A stretch of 64,000 nt of DNA from Andalucia godoyi And28 (lineage: Eukaryota > Protista > Jakobida), in contig VRVR01000059.1 of the NCBI GenBank assembly GCA_009859145.1, positions 1-64,000 on the forward strand, read 5' to 3'. The position numbers and the translations under genes were made by a program. The notes beneath the pieces were generated by a model. The model worked only from the letters and a program-made list of their open reading frames with translations, made no database searches and was not told the origin of the DNA. Of the stretch, positions 35,975 through 47,112 are shown in pieces. Numbering within the stretch: the first letter of the stretch is position 1; each line of letters opens with the position of its first letter.

Positions 35975-36543
35975 TGTACTGTCAATGGCGGAGTGTGGTT
36001 CTTATCTTTATTGTACTGTACTGTAGCTTGATAAATTGTATTATAGAAGGACCTTGCCTCATTCCTGGCGCTCTTGCTGCGCACTGCGAAGCACTCGCGT
36101 ATTCCATGCTGCCTGGTGGTGCCCGCAAGGAAAACAGAAACTGATGCCGAAAAGTCCGCGAGAGACTGCAGATACAAGATGGACAGAGACGGAAACCAGG
36201 TCTTTTCTTGATTTGGGCAAACGAGCAGATGAAAGGGAATGTACGGACAGCACAAGCAGACGCGGAGGGGGGGTCCAGTCTGTTTGGAAGTAGCCCAATC
36301 ATTGTTTCTGGCTTTTCCAGGGTTTCGGATCGTCTGAGCCCGTCAACCTTTCGAAACCGCGAGTGCATCCCAGCACCGTCTCCGATTTATTTATTTTTGT
36401 TATGTACCACTGCTGCATAACGCGACAGAAAAGGAAGAAGGAGGAGGAGGAAGAAGAAGAAGAAGAAGAGAAGAAGAAGACGAAAGGGGTGGGGGAAAAA
36501 AAGAACTACTCTCATCAAGAGCGGTACGCAAAGAAGAGAGAAA

Positions 36544-38253
36544 ATGGGGATAAAGAGCAATAGCGTGCTGGCGCACTCTGGGCTTTCCGGTCTCAGCACG
36601 TCTTCGTCTCCGAGTTCCGCTTCTCAGACGACACTTCATTTGGTGGTGAATCTCGGCGCAATGGAGAGTCTGCATGAAATGGTTCTTCCCACCGAGATGG
36701 ACGTCTTGATGGAGAAGTTCAATGTGATCGTGTGCTGTGCAGGGGTTGCGTATGCCGCAAAGGCATCTCGGCTGCTTGCAGGGCTCAAGTTTGTGAGACC
36801 CGGCAGCTCTACGCGATGTCAGATCCTCCGTGGACATACAGTGCTTTCATGCATAAAAGAGTTCTCCAGTGCGTCGACGGAGGGTAGCGGCGAGATTGAC
36901 GTGCGGCGGCTTGTCATTCTTGACGTGCCAGAGCGATACGCGTCGCCTGCGGGGGATGCGACGTATCACAGCGGAATTGCAGCCACTGTCTCTGCATGTG
37001 TCGTGGCGCCCGACCAGTTCCGTCGAAGCAGCAGGGCACTCGTGGACTTCTTGGTTGCGGTGGCCGACACATTTGCGTACGAATCGTCGAATTCAAGAAG
37101 GTTTCCCGCAAGGCTCTCGTCGTCGAGCGCCGACTCGTCTTGCGCATCCGCATCCATGCATACCGGCATCAAGAGTCGTGCTCGATCATCCAGCACAGCG
37201 TGCACCACGATTAATTCCAGTCTTCCCGCAATCCGAAATCCCTTGTCGGCATCTCCTGCGTCACCCGGCAGTACCAGTGCAGATCTTGTGTCTGGAGGGC
37301 ATTCCCTCCCGGTGCAGGCATCTGCAGCTGCCATCTTGGGCCGAATGATGGAACAGAGCAGATCGGTGAAGCTCTTCGGAAAGGAGCAAAAATTTGCGTT
37401 TCCGGCTCCAAGTAGTGCTGCCAGTGGCTCCAGTGGTGGTACGCCGACTGTTTCACACCAGAGCTCCGTAGACTCACAAGCTTCTACGCACTATCCTGGG
37501 ACCGGCAGCTCAAGAAACTCGCTTGATCAGAAGTCAGTGCTGTTCAACACGCCATACAACTCGTCGCCTAAGAAAAGCGTCGATTCGAGCGCAATACCGA
37601 TTGCTGCGTGCCCGCTGCCCGAAATCTCGTTGCAGGTGAATACTGGATCCAGCGAGCAGTCTCTGGACCGCATATGCGCTCCCTCTGCAGCTTTACATTT
37701 CTCCCCCGGACATTCCCGAGGTTCAATCATGGCGAGCATGGGGAGGTCGCCCAGCAGCTTGTCTGGATCGCGGCGAAATACCCAGGAACCGACTGCAACG
37801 CTTCTTCTGTTGGATGATGGCGAACGAGACTTTTTAAAATCGTTTGGAACGGATGCCTCCGCCAGCAGCGGCAGCTTTCTCCGACACTCCCCATTGCATA
37901 TGATCAGCGGCAGCAGCAGCAGCAGCAGCAGCAACCCGTCTGTTGCCAGTGCGATGGACCAGCTGTCGTTCTCGCCGTGGAAGACTAATGTCAGCTCGAG
38001 CCCTTTTGACGACCTGCTGCCGCCAAAGGCTGCCAATGGCGGAGGTCGGTCGCGTGCTGGATCTAGTGTCTACGCAAACACGGTCGATCTCAATTCGTCG
38101 ATCTCCCCTTCGTCGTCCGCGCTATCTCCACTTGCCGCTGGCTCTCCAACGCTCCAGCTGCCGTCGGTAGATGCCAGAACGTCTCCAACTTCTGGTGGAT
38201 TTCTAACACCGCTGGCTGTGCCCGTCACAGTGCCAAATCGTAGATCTGTTTAA
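36544..38253 (+). CDS. Ser-rich hypothetical protein
   Basis: 569-aa ATG ORF; folded N-terminus and disordered tail. Confidence 0.65.
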   Translation: MGIKSNSVLAHSGLSGLSTSSSPSSASQTTLHLVVNLGAMESLHEMVLPTEMDVLMEKFNVIVCCAGVAYAAKASRLLAGLKFVRPGSSTRCQILRGHTVLSCIKEFSSASTEGSGEIDVRRLVILDVPERYASPAGDATYHSGIAATVSACVVAPDQFRRSSRALVDFLVAVADTFAYESSNSRRFPARLSSSSADSSCASASMHTGIKSRARSSSTACTTINSSLPAIRNPLSASPASPGSTSADLVSGGHSLPVQASAAAILGRMMEQSRSVKLFGKEQKFAFPAPSSAASGSSGGTPTVSHQSSVDSQASTHYPGTGSSRNSLDQKSVLFNTPYNSSPKKSVDSSAIPIAACPLPEISLQVNTGSSEQSLDRICAPSAALHFSPGHSRGSIMASMGRSPSSLSGSRRNTQEPTATLLLLDDGERDFLKSFGTDASASSGSFLRHSPLHMISGSSSSSSSNPSVASAMDQLSFSPWKTNVSSSPFDDLLPPKAANGGGRSRAGSSVYANTVDLNSSISPSSSALSPLAAGSPTLQLPSVDARTSPTSGGFLTPLAVPVTVPNRRSV

Positions 38254-38505
38254 AGTAGTGTATGTTGTTGTATAGCTTCTGTCGCGGTCGGGGGAAAAAC
38301 AAGGACAATAAAAGAAAACCGCAAATTCCTTTTCTTTTTCCGTGTTTGTTTCTCATCATTTTATGTTTTGTAAATTGCGAGTGCCAGGCTTTAGTTTCCA
38401 TCTCTCCTTTGTCGGTTGTTCACATGCACTCTGTCGGGACAATGACTAACATACTGACAACATGGATGTACGCAGATCCTACGATCACACAACTTGTTGT
38501 GATAA

Positions 38506-38656
38506 CCCTCCAGCCCAAAAACGACTGGTGGACGGCTGTGAAGATCATCGGATAGTATGGCTGAGGGTGTGCAGATTAAGGCCCAATGAGACACTGTCGA
38601 ATATCGACAGCCGCATCCCTTTTTAATCGATGATTCCTCCGCCGCGGCCTCTCTCC

Positions 38657-38734
<78 letters not shown>

Positions 38735-39116
38735 TTGTGTGTGGCGCACACCACTGCCAATCAACAGAATCAATACAATATCCGCTCGATTGACAGCCGA
38801 GAATGAACAAGCGGATTAAAAATGCGAAATGGCAATAAAAGAAGCTCGTTGAAAATCCCTAGTTTCCTCTTGGTTCCCAAGGTCCAAACGGTTTCTAACG
38901 AATGCAATCACTGATCAGCTCGAGAGCTCTGAACAGGAAAATAGGTTGTCTCTGTTTTGGGGTGCGCGGACCCACGGATGTCCCACTCAAAAGGGGAACT
39001 CATTGGATGGGCGCTGATGCGGAATGTAAAAGTCACTTTACACTAAATAAATCTGTTTTTTTTTTGAGGCGCAGCATGCGAGCCAAGAGTTTGGAGAGAG
39101 GTTTTGGGCTGGAAGG
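38506..39116 (-). mobile_element. non-autonomous TIR element (MITE), copy 2
   Basis: Inverted homologue of 7774-8381. TIRs CCCTCCAGCCCAAAA / TTTTGGGCTGGAAGG flanked by TAA on both sides. Confidence 0.8.
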
Positions 39117-39645
39117 TAATACTTACTTTTTCTTCTTCTTTCCCTCCCTCAACGGTTTTCAAGGCAAAACAAGAAAGAAGCTCGTCTTTTCGACTGTTTT
39201 ACGTCCTACCATTGATTTGCACAGTGCGGCTCGTTGGTGTCGCGCTTTTCGCTGTGTCCCTCTGGCCCTCTGCGACGACACGTCTCACCAGCTCTTTCTC
39301 CGATGGACCCGCTGAGAACTGCTTCACTGAAGCTCCGTAAAATCAAGCGCCAGCGGCTGCATGTTAGCGAAATCGTCAAACGGGCGTTGTCCGAGACCGC
39401 TGGTGATTCTTTGTGCATCGCAGTGCAGCTGGGGCCAAAATCTCCCGGGAAGCCCCCATCTGCTGTAATAAAATAAGCAAACGCGCGAAAATGTCCTGGT
39501 CGCACGATGTCCAGCATAGTTGTGATTTTAGTATTATTACTAATATATTTTTCAACTTTATTTTTTGGATTGGTCGTTTGTTCGTTTTTAATTAAGAAGT
39601 CTACATTATACGGGTATTCTACTCGGCGTGATTAGTGGGGAAAGC

Positions 39646-40608
39646 ATGTCCGAGGTTGTTCCGATTGTTGGGCCTGCTCCTCAGGGCGCCGTGGTGAAGG
39701 GTGCTGCTGATGGTGGTTCGAAGGACGACCGCGATTCGGTGGTTGTTGCGCAGTTGAGTGCGGAACAGCAGTCTGCTGTAAAGGAGCTGCAGGCAGCGTT
39801 GGAGCCGCTGACTGACAGACAGCGGGCGTTCTGTGACATTCCGTGTCTGCTGCGGTACCTGCGTGCACGTGACTATGATGTAAAGAAGTCGAGGAAGCTG
39901 CTCCTTTCGACGCTGCAATGGAGACACTCCTTCCGTCCGCACCGTATTTCGCCAGATGATGTGGAGGAGGAAGCACTGACTGGCAAGGTGTACCGCAACG
40001 GATACGATCGTGCGGGCCGTCCGATCATCTATATGCGTCCCGGTCGTGAGAACACGAAGAACTACGACCGTCAAGTGATGCACCTGGTGTACCACTTGGA
40101 GTCTGCAGTCCGATCCATGGGCCCGGGTGTCGAGTCCTTTGTGTTCATTATCGACTACTCTGGGTTCTCGCTGTCCAAGAGCCCACCAATGGCTGTTTCC
40201 AAGCGTGTCTTGTCGATTCTGTCCGACAACTACCCCGAGCGACTGGGGAAAGCGTTCCTGGTAAGCTATCCGTTTTACATGGGTGCGTTCTGGGCTGCGA
40301 TTTCCCCGTTCCTCAACAAGGTCACAAAGTCTAAAATCACGTTTGTGAAGGGACACAAGGTCAAGGAGGTCATTGGCGAGTTCGTGGACCATGAGGTGCT
40401 GGAGGCGGCGTTCTCCGGCGCAAAGAACTATGAGTATGTGCACGAAACGTACTGGGGAAAGGAAAAGGAGTACTGGACGGGCATCAGAGAGCACTTGGAT
40501 GCGTTGGATCTCGAGCAGGTGCAGCATGACGACATCAAGCACGCAGAAGACCGAAAAGTGGAAGAACATGAAAAGGACGATCATGAACATGCACAAGAAG
40601 AACAATGA
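39646..40608 (+). CDS. CRAL-TRIO/Sec14 lipid-transfer protein (PDR16-like)
   Basis: CLLRYLRARDY, GYDRAGRPIIYMRPG and DNYPERLG. Confidence 0.92.
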   Translation: MSEVVPIVGPAPQGAVVKGAADGGSKDDRDSVVVAQLSAEQQSAVKELQAALEPLTDRQRAFCDIPCLLRYLRARDYDVKKSRKLLLSTLQWRHSFRPHRISPDDVEEEALTGKVYRNGYDRAGRPIIYMRPGRENTKNYDRQVMHLVYHLESAVRSMGPGVESFVFIIDYSGFSLSKSPPMAVSKRVLSILSDNYPERLGKAFLVSYPFYMGAFWAAISPFLNKVTKSKITFVKGHKVKEVIGEFVDHEVLEAAFSGAKNYEYVHETYWGKEKEYWTGIREHLDALDLEQVQHDDIKHAEDRKVEEHEKDDHEHAQEEQ

Positions 40609-40757
40609 AAACACGAATGAGAATTAAGAAACCCCAAACCCAAATCAATCACACGCTCTCGACCTGTATTTGTGTTTGTTTCTTTTGTTTTCCTAAACGC
40701 AGTGCTTCTGGTGCATGCCGGTAAAGCAAATATACTGTGAGGGAGGGTGTGGGAGCC

Positions 40758-41888
40758 TCAATTTTCGACGGGCGGGGCCAGCTCCGTCCATATGCCGATT
40801 TCTGCACGGCCATCCGGATGAATGCAGCCACGGAACATTCCCGGAGTGTTGAAGTCCATGCAGACTTCTCCGGTTCGAGCATCGACTGCAACAACGCCGC
40901 ACGTATCAGGTTGCAGTCCGACAGCGGAGTCTTCATGCAAACACGCTCTGACTGCGTCTCGCATCGACTGGTGTCCATAGCGCATGCGAGAATGAACATC
41001 GTGGGCCACGCAGTTTCGTATGATCGCCTCTCCAGTACCTGTAGCTGATAGCGCCAACGTCTCGGAATGCGCAAACGTGGACGCACCAACCACTGGGGTA
41101 TCGCCCAGTCTGCCGACTCGCTTATTCGTAAGACCGCCTGTCGACGTGGCTGCTGCACACCCAAGATCGGAACGCCAGGCGACGGCACCCACTGTTCCTT
41201 TTAGTCCATGGTCCAGCAACACCTGCTCCAGCTCGCTTTCCATTTCGTCCATATCGTCGTCTGCACTGATGTGCTGCTTTTGCATCCACTGTGAACTCCG
41301 ATGCTCATCGTCAGATTCGGAATGATCGGCAGGAGCGGACTGCTCGGCTGGATTATGATCCAAAATCTGTCCGTCTCTATTTGCCAATCGCAGTTTCTCC
41401 CACTGCTTCTTGCGCAGGGTCGTCGTAAAATAGCTGTTTTCCACTTTTTGAGAATCGTCAGAGGCAGCAGAGGCGGAGGACAGCGCACTCAGCAGCATCT
41501 CTTCTGCATGCGGACCGCTCAAATGAACCGAGTCCCGGATGTTGTCCATCACGTATCTTGCCAATTTGACTGGGTTCTTCGTGCGTGTGAGTCCCGAAAC
41601 GCACGCACACGATCCAGGAACCATAACACACGCCTCCAGTTCATGGTGGCCTTCGCGATTCAAAACGGCGCCACGACCCGCATTGAACAGCGGAACATCT
41701 TCCAAGAAGCGCACGATTGCTTCGACTGCATCCAGCGGCGTTTTCGCCGGGTCCGATAGTACCCGTTCCCCGACTCGCAAAGACGCAGACAATGCTGCGC
41801 GGTACGCACGGTCCTTGCGAGACCCGACTTGGCGCGGATCAATAACGCCTGCACCGCCATGAACTGCTAAAGACCACCGAATACTCAT
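40758..41888 (-). CDS. isoaspartyl peptidase/L-asparaginase (type 2, Ntn hydrolase)
   Basis: LAVHGGAG, FNAGRG, GTVGAVA, ATSTGG, GRLGDTP, SATGTGE and FNTPGMFRG. Confidence 0.94.
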   Translation of the reverse strand: MSIRWSLAVHGGAGVIDPRQVGSRKDRAYRAALSASLRVGERVLSDPAKTPLDAVEAIVRFLEDVPLFNAGRGAVLNREGHHELEACVMVPGSCACVSGLTRTKNPVKLARYVMDNIRDSVHLSGPHAEEMLLSALSSASAASDDSQKVENSYFTTTLRKKQWEKLRLANRDGQILDHNPAEQSAPADHSESDDEHRSSQWMQKQHISADDDMDEMESELEQVLLDHGLKGTVGAVAWRSDLGCAAATSTGGLTNKRVGRLGDTPVVGASTFAHSETLALSATGTGEAIIRNCVAHDVHSRMRYGHQSMRDAVRACLHEDSAVGLQPDTCGVVAVDARTGEVCMDFNTPGMFRGCIHPDGRAEIGIWTELAPPVEN

Positions 41889-42218
41889 GTTTTGTGCCTT
41901 ATCTCAATACACGGACATGAAAATGGACTTCAATTGCACTACGTTTAATTTTTTAAACAGTAATAATACCAACAGATAAATATTTATTTTATTTAAAATA
42001 TATATATATATGAAAGACGGTAGACCGTTTTCTGTGCATCCGACCGCCTGGAAGTGAAAGCGGACTCTTTTGGAGTGAACCAGGTCGAATTATTCGTGTT
42101 TGCTTTCTCTCGAAGTTCTCTATCACAGCCTCTTCCAATTGTGCTCCACGGCTATGGTTTCGTGAACAGAAGGGTATGAAACAGGCCTCATTCTCTGCAG
42201 TTGGTGCAGGTCGATGCC

Positions 42219-43553
42219 TCACTCTTTGTACTTCTGCAGGGCAATGGCGGCTTCTTCGTCCCCTTCGTGGATTCCATCCAGAATTTGGCGTGAATTGACT
42301 GGAATCTTTTTCAAGCACTGCACAAAGAACGAACGTGCATGCTTGTATGCGGCAATGGTGTGATCGGGCAAGATCTGGGTCGCAGCGTGATGAACCAGTG
42401 CTGCGATCCCCGCTGCGTTTGCTGCGACCTTTTCTCGGACAATCTGACAGAACTGGAACTTCCACATTCCGAATGCTTCTTCGCAAGGATCAAGAAATGG
42501 AGAATACGGCGGCAGCTGTTCTACTTCAATTTTTTGGATTCCCACTCGCGCAACAAGGGAATCACTGTTTGCTTCGTTATATGCATTGGAACGTTGTCGT
42601 GAATGATCATTTGCTTTTGACCTTCGAGGAGCTTTTCCCGTTTGTTCGAGACGCTGGAAGAGATTCTTCAGAAATACGGCGTACGTGACGCCATTGATGC
42701 CCCCCTGTGTAGCATTCGTAATAGACGAGCGAACTTTCTGTCGACAGCTGCGATCACAGTCAGGCTCTGCACTTGCATGTTGTCAATTGCCAGCAGTGGA
42801 CGACATCCTTGAAGGGATATCCCTTGTTCGGGGTGGACAACAACATTGAACGGGCGTCTCGTCGATGAAAATTGTTTTTTGGTACTGATCTTCTTTGTCG
42901 CCAAGCATTTTCGATGCGTATTCACTACGAGCATGGATTAGGCGTTCCAGAATTCGAGAAACGGGAACTGTCAAGAAATCCGCGACTTCGCTTGTACGGC
43001 TCCCCATGAAGTTAATTTGATTCCAAGTGATCTTTCGATCCTCCTGCGATACAACTCCAGTAGGCTTTATCGGCGTTCTCGCCAGTTCTTCCTTCGCCTT
43101 TTCGACAGCCTCCTTTCGCTGATGTTCTGCAAGAGCTGCCTTCGCTAATGTCTCTCGCACAGCTGCTTGCATCGTCAGCGTCCCTGCTGCATCGCTGTTT
43201 TGGAGCTTCCGCGCTCTTTTCATTTCCCGAACTTCCTTTGCAGCATCCAGCAAAAGCCGTTTCCTCGATTTGAGTTGGTTCATTTGCAATCCTTGCAGTT
43301 CCGGAATAGCTGCCACATCCGTGTGGGAAATGGGAATCAGCTTTTCATCAACTGGCATGATTCGTTTCGCAGCCTGGCTTGGAACACTCGCGCTAGATGA
43401 AGCAGATGCCACAGCCTGCGCGTCTCGTCGCCTCAGTGAAGGTACACGAACACAATTGTCATACACCTCAGTTAACGGCTGGCGGACTGGAAAAGCCTCA
43501 GAAGCGCTTCTTTCTTGAAAAAGCTCGTTTTCAGCACCCGCAAAAAGGTCCAC
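42219..43553 (-). mobile_element. IS630/Tc1-mariner DDE transposase, frameshifted
   Basis: FIDETP, IIHDNVPMH and LPPYSPFLDPCEEAF recovered across frames. Several shifts sit in homopolymers. TIRs not found. Confidence 0.82.
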
Positions 43554-43941
43554 GGCACGCGTCTTTCCACGCTGAAGTTGAAAATATGGAGCGGTTCTCT
43601 GAGAGCTCCCGGGCAGGTCCGCAAACTATGTGCGCGCCAAAAAATTATTCTTCGCCAACTGTAGTAGCAGTCACTCCAGGAAAAAGATCGGGTTACTTTC
43701 CTACCGTAGTCAAGTCTAATATATTTCTTTCATCCATCACTTTTTTCTTTCTCTCTTGTCTTTTTCTATTTGCTTGTGTTTTTCATAATCGAACCCACAA
43801 GCACCACCGTTCAGCAATGACAAAACATCTCATAGACCCAAAGAGGGATCTTCCCGACAAACTCAAAACCGGCCATTCCCGAAGATGCCGAGAACCACGA
43901 AACTCGTAGAAAGAACGTGTGCTGTGATGTTTCGTGTATTT

Positions 43942-45150
43942 TTACATTAGAGAACAGCAGCCCTTTTTCGGCCGTTCTTGCGGGGTAGCTTGTGCACGGT
44001 GGTGGTCTTGAGAGACAGCATTGTCTCGTTCCAATTTTGCGATGTATGCATCCTTCATGCGAATAGAGTGTTCCAAATCGGCAATCTTTTCTTTGAAAAT
44101 AGCGGTCGGCGTGTCATCGACGAAAACGGCAGCCTCGCAGGAATCAGAAGGAGACTGCTGATCCTTGCTCTTCGTGCCCACATAGCTGCACAACGTCAAA
44201 AAGTGTTCTTCCATTCGACGGAGAACCAGGTCTCGAATGTGCCCGTTGTCTTCTTGTTCGCAAGAGTGAACGAGTCCAATCGCAGTGTCGTTGACTTCGA
44301 GGATGTACTCTTGGCCGTCATTGGAGACGATTGAGTCGACTGCGAGGATGTCGAGTCCGCCGAACAAGCGGGAACACTCGTCTGCCCATTGCTTGTATCT
44401 CTCGGTAACCGGCAATTCCTCGACGGAGGCATTACCAGTGTTTCCCTTCCAGTTCAGCGAGGTCCTTTTGAACACGCGATAGTGCGTCCCGATCTTTTGG
44501 ACGCGGACATCATAGTCACGCTCGACAAACGGCTCTGCAGTCACGTAGTCTTTGTGCATCATGACGATTCCCCGCACATCCAAGAACCGCTCCGAGTTGT
44601 CCACCTTGATTTTCCCGTACCCAGCATGTACATGACCAACTTTCACCACGCATGGAAACCCCGGATTAATGAGCATTTCTCCGCCAGACGAATAGCACGT
44701 CTGCTCAATCACCGGAAACACGCTCTTGCCGAGCTTTTTCTGGAGCTTCAGCAGCCCTCCAAACACAACTGGTCGTTCCAGGCACATCAGGATCGATTCC
44801 AGTGAGTTGACCGACGGCACACCAGCATGCATGAACGCATACAAAAGGTTGCGGCTGTCTTGGCCGTCCAAAGCATGCGAAACGGACCGAATTAACAGAA
44901 AATCAGGTTTCACGGTACGTATGCCGTCCTGACGCCGCGCCGGTCGAACGTCCACGACCACGCTTCGATATCCATAAGAAGAAATTGATATGTCAGGCCA
45001 TGTGACAACTACCACGCTCAGTCCGTACTGCGTCTCGCCAATACGTACCTTGCAGTCTGCAAAAATGGACTTCCAATCGCAGTACTGTGGGTTGCGAGAC
45101 CCACTTTCAATCACCAGCAGACTCTTCGGTTTCACACTCTCCTCGCTCAT
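43942..45150 (-). CDS. synapsin-like ATP-grasp protein with C-terminal CaaX
   Basis: PDFLLIR, GVPSVNSL, FPCVVKVGHVHAGYGKIKV, DVRVQKIG, NWKGNTG and LFGGLDILAV. Ends KKGCCSLM. Confidence 0.87.
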   Translation of the reverse strand: MSEESVKPKSLLVIESGSRNPQYCDWKSIFADCKVRIGETQYGLSVVVVTWPDISISSYGYRSVVVDVRPARRQDGIRTVKPDFLLIRSVSHALDGQDSRNLLYAFMHAGVPSVNSLESILMCLERPVVFGGLLKLQKKLGKSVFPVIEQTCYSSGGEMLINPGFPCVVKVGHVHAGYGKIKVDNSERFLDVRGIVMMHKDYVTAEPFVERDYDVRVQKIGTHYRVFKRTSLNWKGNTGNASVEELPVTERYKQWADECSRLFGGLDILAVDSIVSNDGQEYILEVNDTAIGLVHSCEQEDNGHIRDLVLRRMEEHFLTLCSYVGTKSKDQQSPSDSCEAAVFVDDTPTAIFKEKIADLEHSIRMKDAYIAKLERDNAVSQDHHRAQATPQERPKKGCCSLM

Positions 45151-45683
45151 ATCCCAAGCGTCCAATAGGGATCTTTAATATGTAAAAAATCTGCACTATG
45201 GGATACCCGGCACGGATGGCTGCGCTTTTATGATTTCCCTGCTGCTTTCTGATTCACTTTCTCGCCGTCCGCGGTGCAGCAACTACACTTTTGAGCTCAA
45301 CTGTGTTTATGCTTATGTGTTTTCTGGAATCAAGTGATAATAAAAAAAAGTGTATTGGCTGTGCCCGATACAAAAACGTCTGTACACCGCGACTTGAAGA
45401 GGGAAAAACCCCCGAAATGAAAAAGAATTCCCCGAAAAAAATGAAAAGTATGTTTTGTCAGGACAGTGACACGTAAGGTGTCAGCTGATCATCTCTGATT
45501 GACTGAATCCTTCGTTGTCGTTTTCTTTTCAGTTTTCATGACGAGTTCGTGTCTCCGCTTGGTTTTTGTTTTGTTTTCTTGTATTTATTTCGAATACTAT
45601 ATTTTCCCCTTCCTCTTCGTTCTTGTTTCTCCTCTATTTCCCAACATTCATCCCTCTGCCATAGAGCTTTCGACGTGCCAAGG

Positions 45684-46733
45684 ATGATGCGCATCTACTG
45701 CCACGAATGCCATGCGACGCGGACTGCGCCTCCGCCTGTGTCTCGCGATTCGATGAGCTGTCCCAGCTGTCGGTCTGACTTTGTCGAAGAGCTTTCGCCT
45801 TCACCAAGTTCTCCGTCGGCGTTCCCAACCTCTCCAAACGACGCACAGCCCCGGTCTCCACCTACGCCGCAGTTCACAACAATCGGCAATGGACACGCAC
45901 AGACGTTTCCTAATCAGCAGCAACAACAACAACAACAGCAACAGCACCAACAAAGACAACAGCAGCAGCAGCAGCAATTTCAAGAATTCGATGTCGACTA
46001 CGAGCATTCAAATGCACAACCGCTTCCTTCGGCATCTTCTCCTCTCCAAAATATGTTTGCGTCGCTCTTTGGAGGCTCGCGCTTGACTGCCGCTCAACCA
46101 GCAAGCAGCAGTAATCCGTTTTATGTGGCAAATGGAGACCCATTTGCAAGCTTGATGTCTTCGTTTGTGACCGGTTTCACGAACTTGTCGAACAGGTTTG
46201 GCCCAAGACCTCCAAATCCCTTCATGGCAGGCACTGGTGGTGGACTGTCGCTCGACGCGGTGATTTCGCACATTATGAACACGGACAACAACCGATTTGG
46301 AACTCCGCCGGCATCACAACGAGCCATTGACGCGCTCCCGAAAATCAAGTGCTGCGATGTGAACCCCAAGCAGCCCAAACACTGCAATTCCACTGCCACG
46401 GGTGCTGGTGCCTGCGATGCGGGTAACGCTAGCGAGGATGCAATTGGAGAGCGTGCAATGGATGGGAAGTGCGAGGCCGTGGAGTGTTCTGTTTGCATGG
46501 ATGCGTTTTCCAGCGAGGATAAGGATGGAATTGCGATTCGGATGCCGTGCAAGCATGTGTTTCATCAGGAATGCCTCATGCCGTGGCTCAAGGATCACAA
46601 CTCATGTCCGAGCTGCAGAATGGAGCTTGAAACAGACAATGCCGACTACGAAGACAGGAAAAGAAGAGCCAGACAGCAGCAGAACGTGCAGCGACAGATT
46701 CATGCAAACGGCGCTCCTTCGTACTTCTCCTAG
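45684..46733 (+). CDS. RNF126/RNF115-like RING-H2 E3 ligase
   Basis: N-terminal YCHEC...CPSCRSDFVEE, PPASQRAIDALP, and C-terminal RING-H2. Confidence 0.9.
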   Translation: MMRIYCHECHATRTAPPPVSRDSMSCPSCRSDFVEELSPSPSSPSAFPTSPNDAQPRSPPTPQFTTIGNGHAQTFPNQQQQQQQQQQHQQRQQQQQQQFQEFDVDYEHSNAQPLPSASSPLQNMFASLFGGSRLTAAQPASSSNPFYVANGDPFASLMSSFVTGFTNLSNRFGPRPPNPFMAGTGGGLSLDAVISHIMNTDNNRFGTPPASQRAIDALPKIKCCDVNPKQPKHCNSTATGAGACDAGNASEDAIGERAMDGKCEAVECSVCMDAFSSEDKDGIAIRMPCKHVFHQECLMPWLKDHNSCPSCRMELETDNADYEDRKRRARQQQNVQRQIHANGAPSYFS

Positions 46734-47112
46734 GCCCCTTCTTTCCAGAAACGAAGTCGTGTGCCATGTTGTTGTAACCAATTAAAAAGAAACCAACTGT
46801 ACGTGTCTTTTTTAAAAAACGGGGCTTGCTGTCGAAAGCACTCCAAGCATCAAGTGATGACTGCAAAAAAAAAAAAACCCGCAACGACCACATTTGGCAC
46901 TGTAGCTGCGGCGTATGCATTTTTCTTTATTACCGTTCTCTTGCTCTGGGTTGTTGTTGCTGTTATAAGAGCAATTCATTATAATTGATTTGATTTGTTG
47001 AATTTAATTCTTTTTTATTGAGTGATACATTACGTCGCATCGTTTATTTGGTAGTTCTATCTGTTCGTGCAAGGAATTCAAAAAAGAGTTGCGTGGGTGC
47101 GTGTGTAAGTGG

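Noticed and set aside
36140-36270. GAAAAGTCCGCG with downstream CGCGG as possible RNase P/MRP P4
   Set aside because: Only 5 bp of pairing, too short a span, and CR-V absent.
39619-40614. 331-aa antisense ORF over the Sec14 gene and many other shadow ORFs
   Set aside because: Explained by codon bias of the sense gene; no recognisable motifs.
41960-43900. Search for TIRs around the IS630/Tc1 transposase
   Set aside because: Only a 7-bp partial match (CTACCGT) was found; ends cannot be supported.
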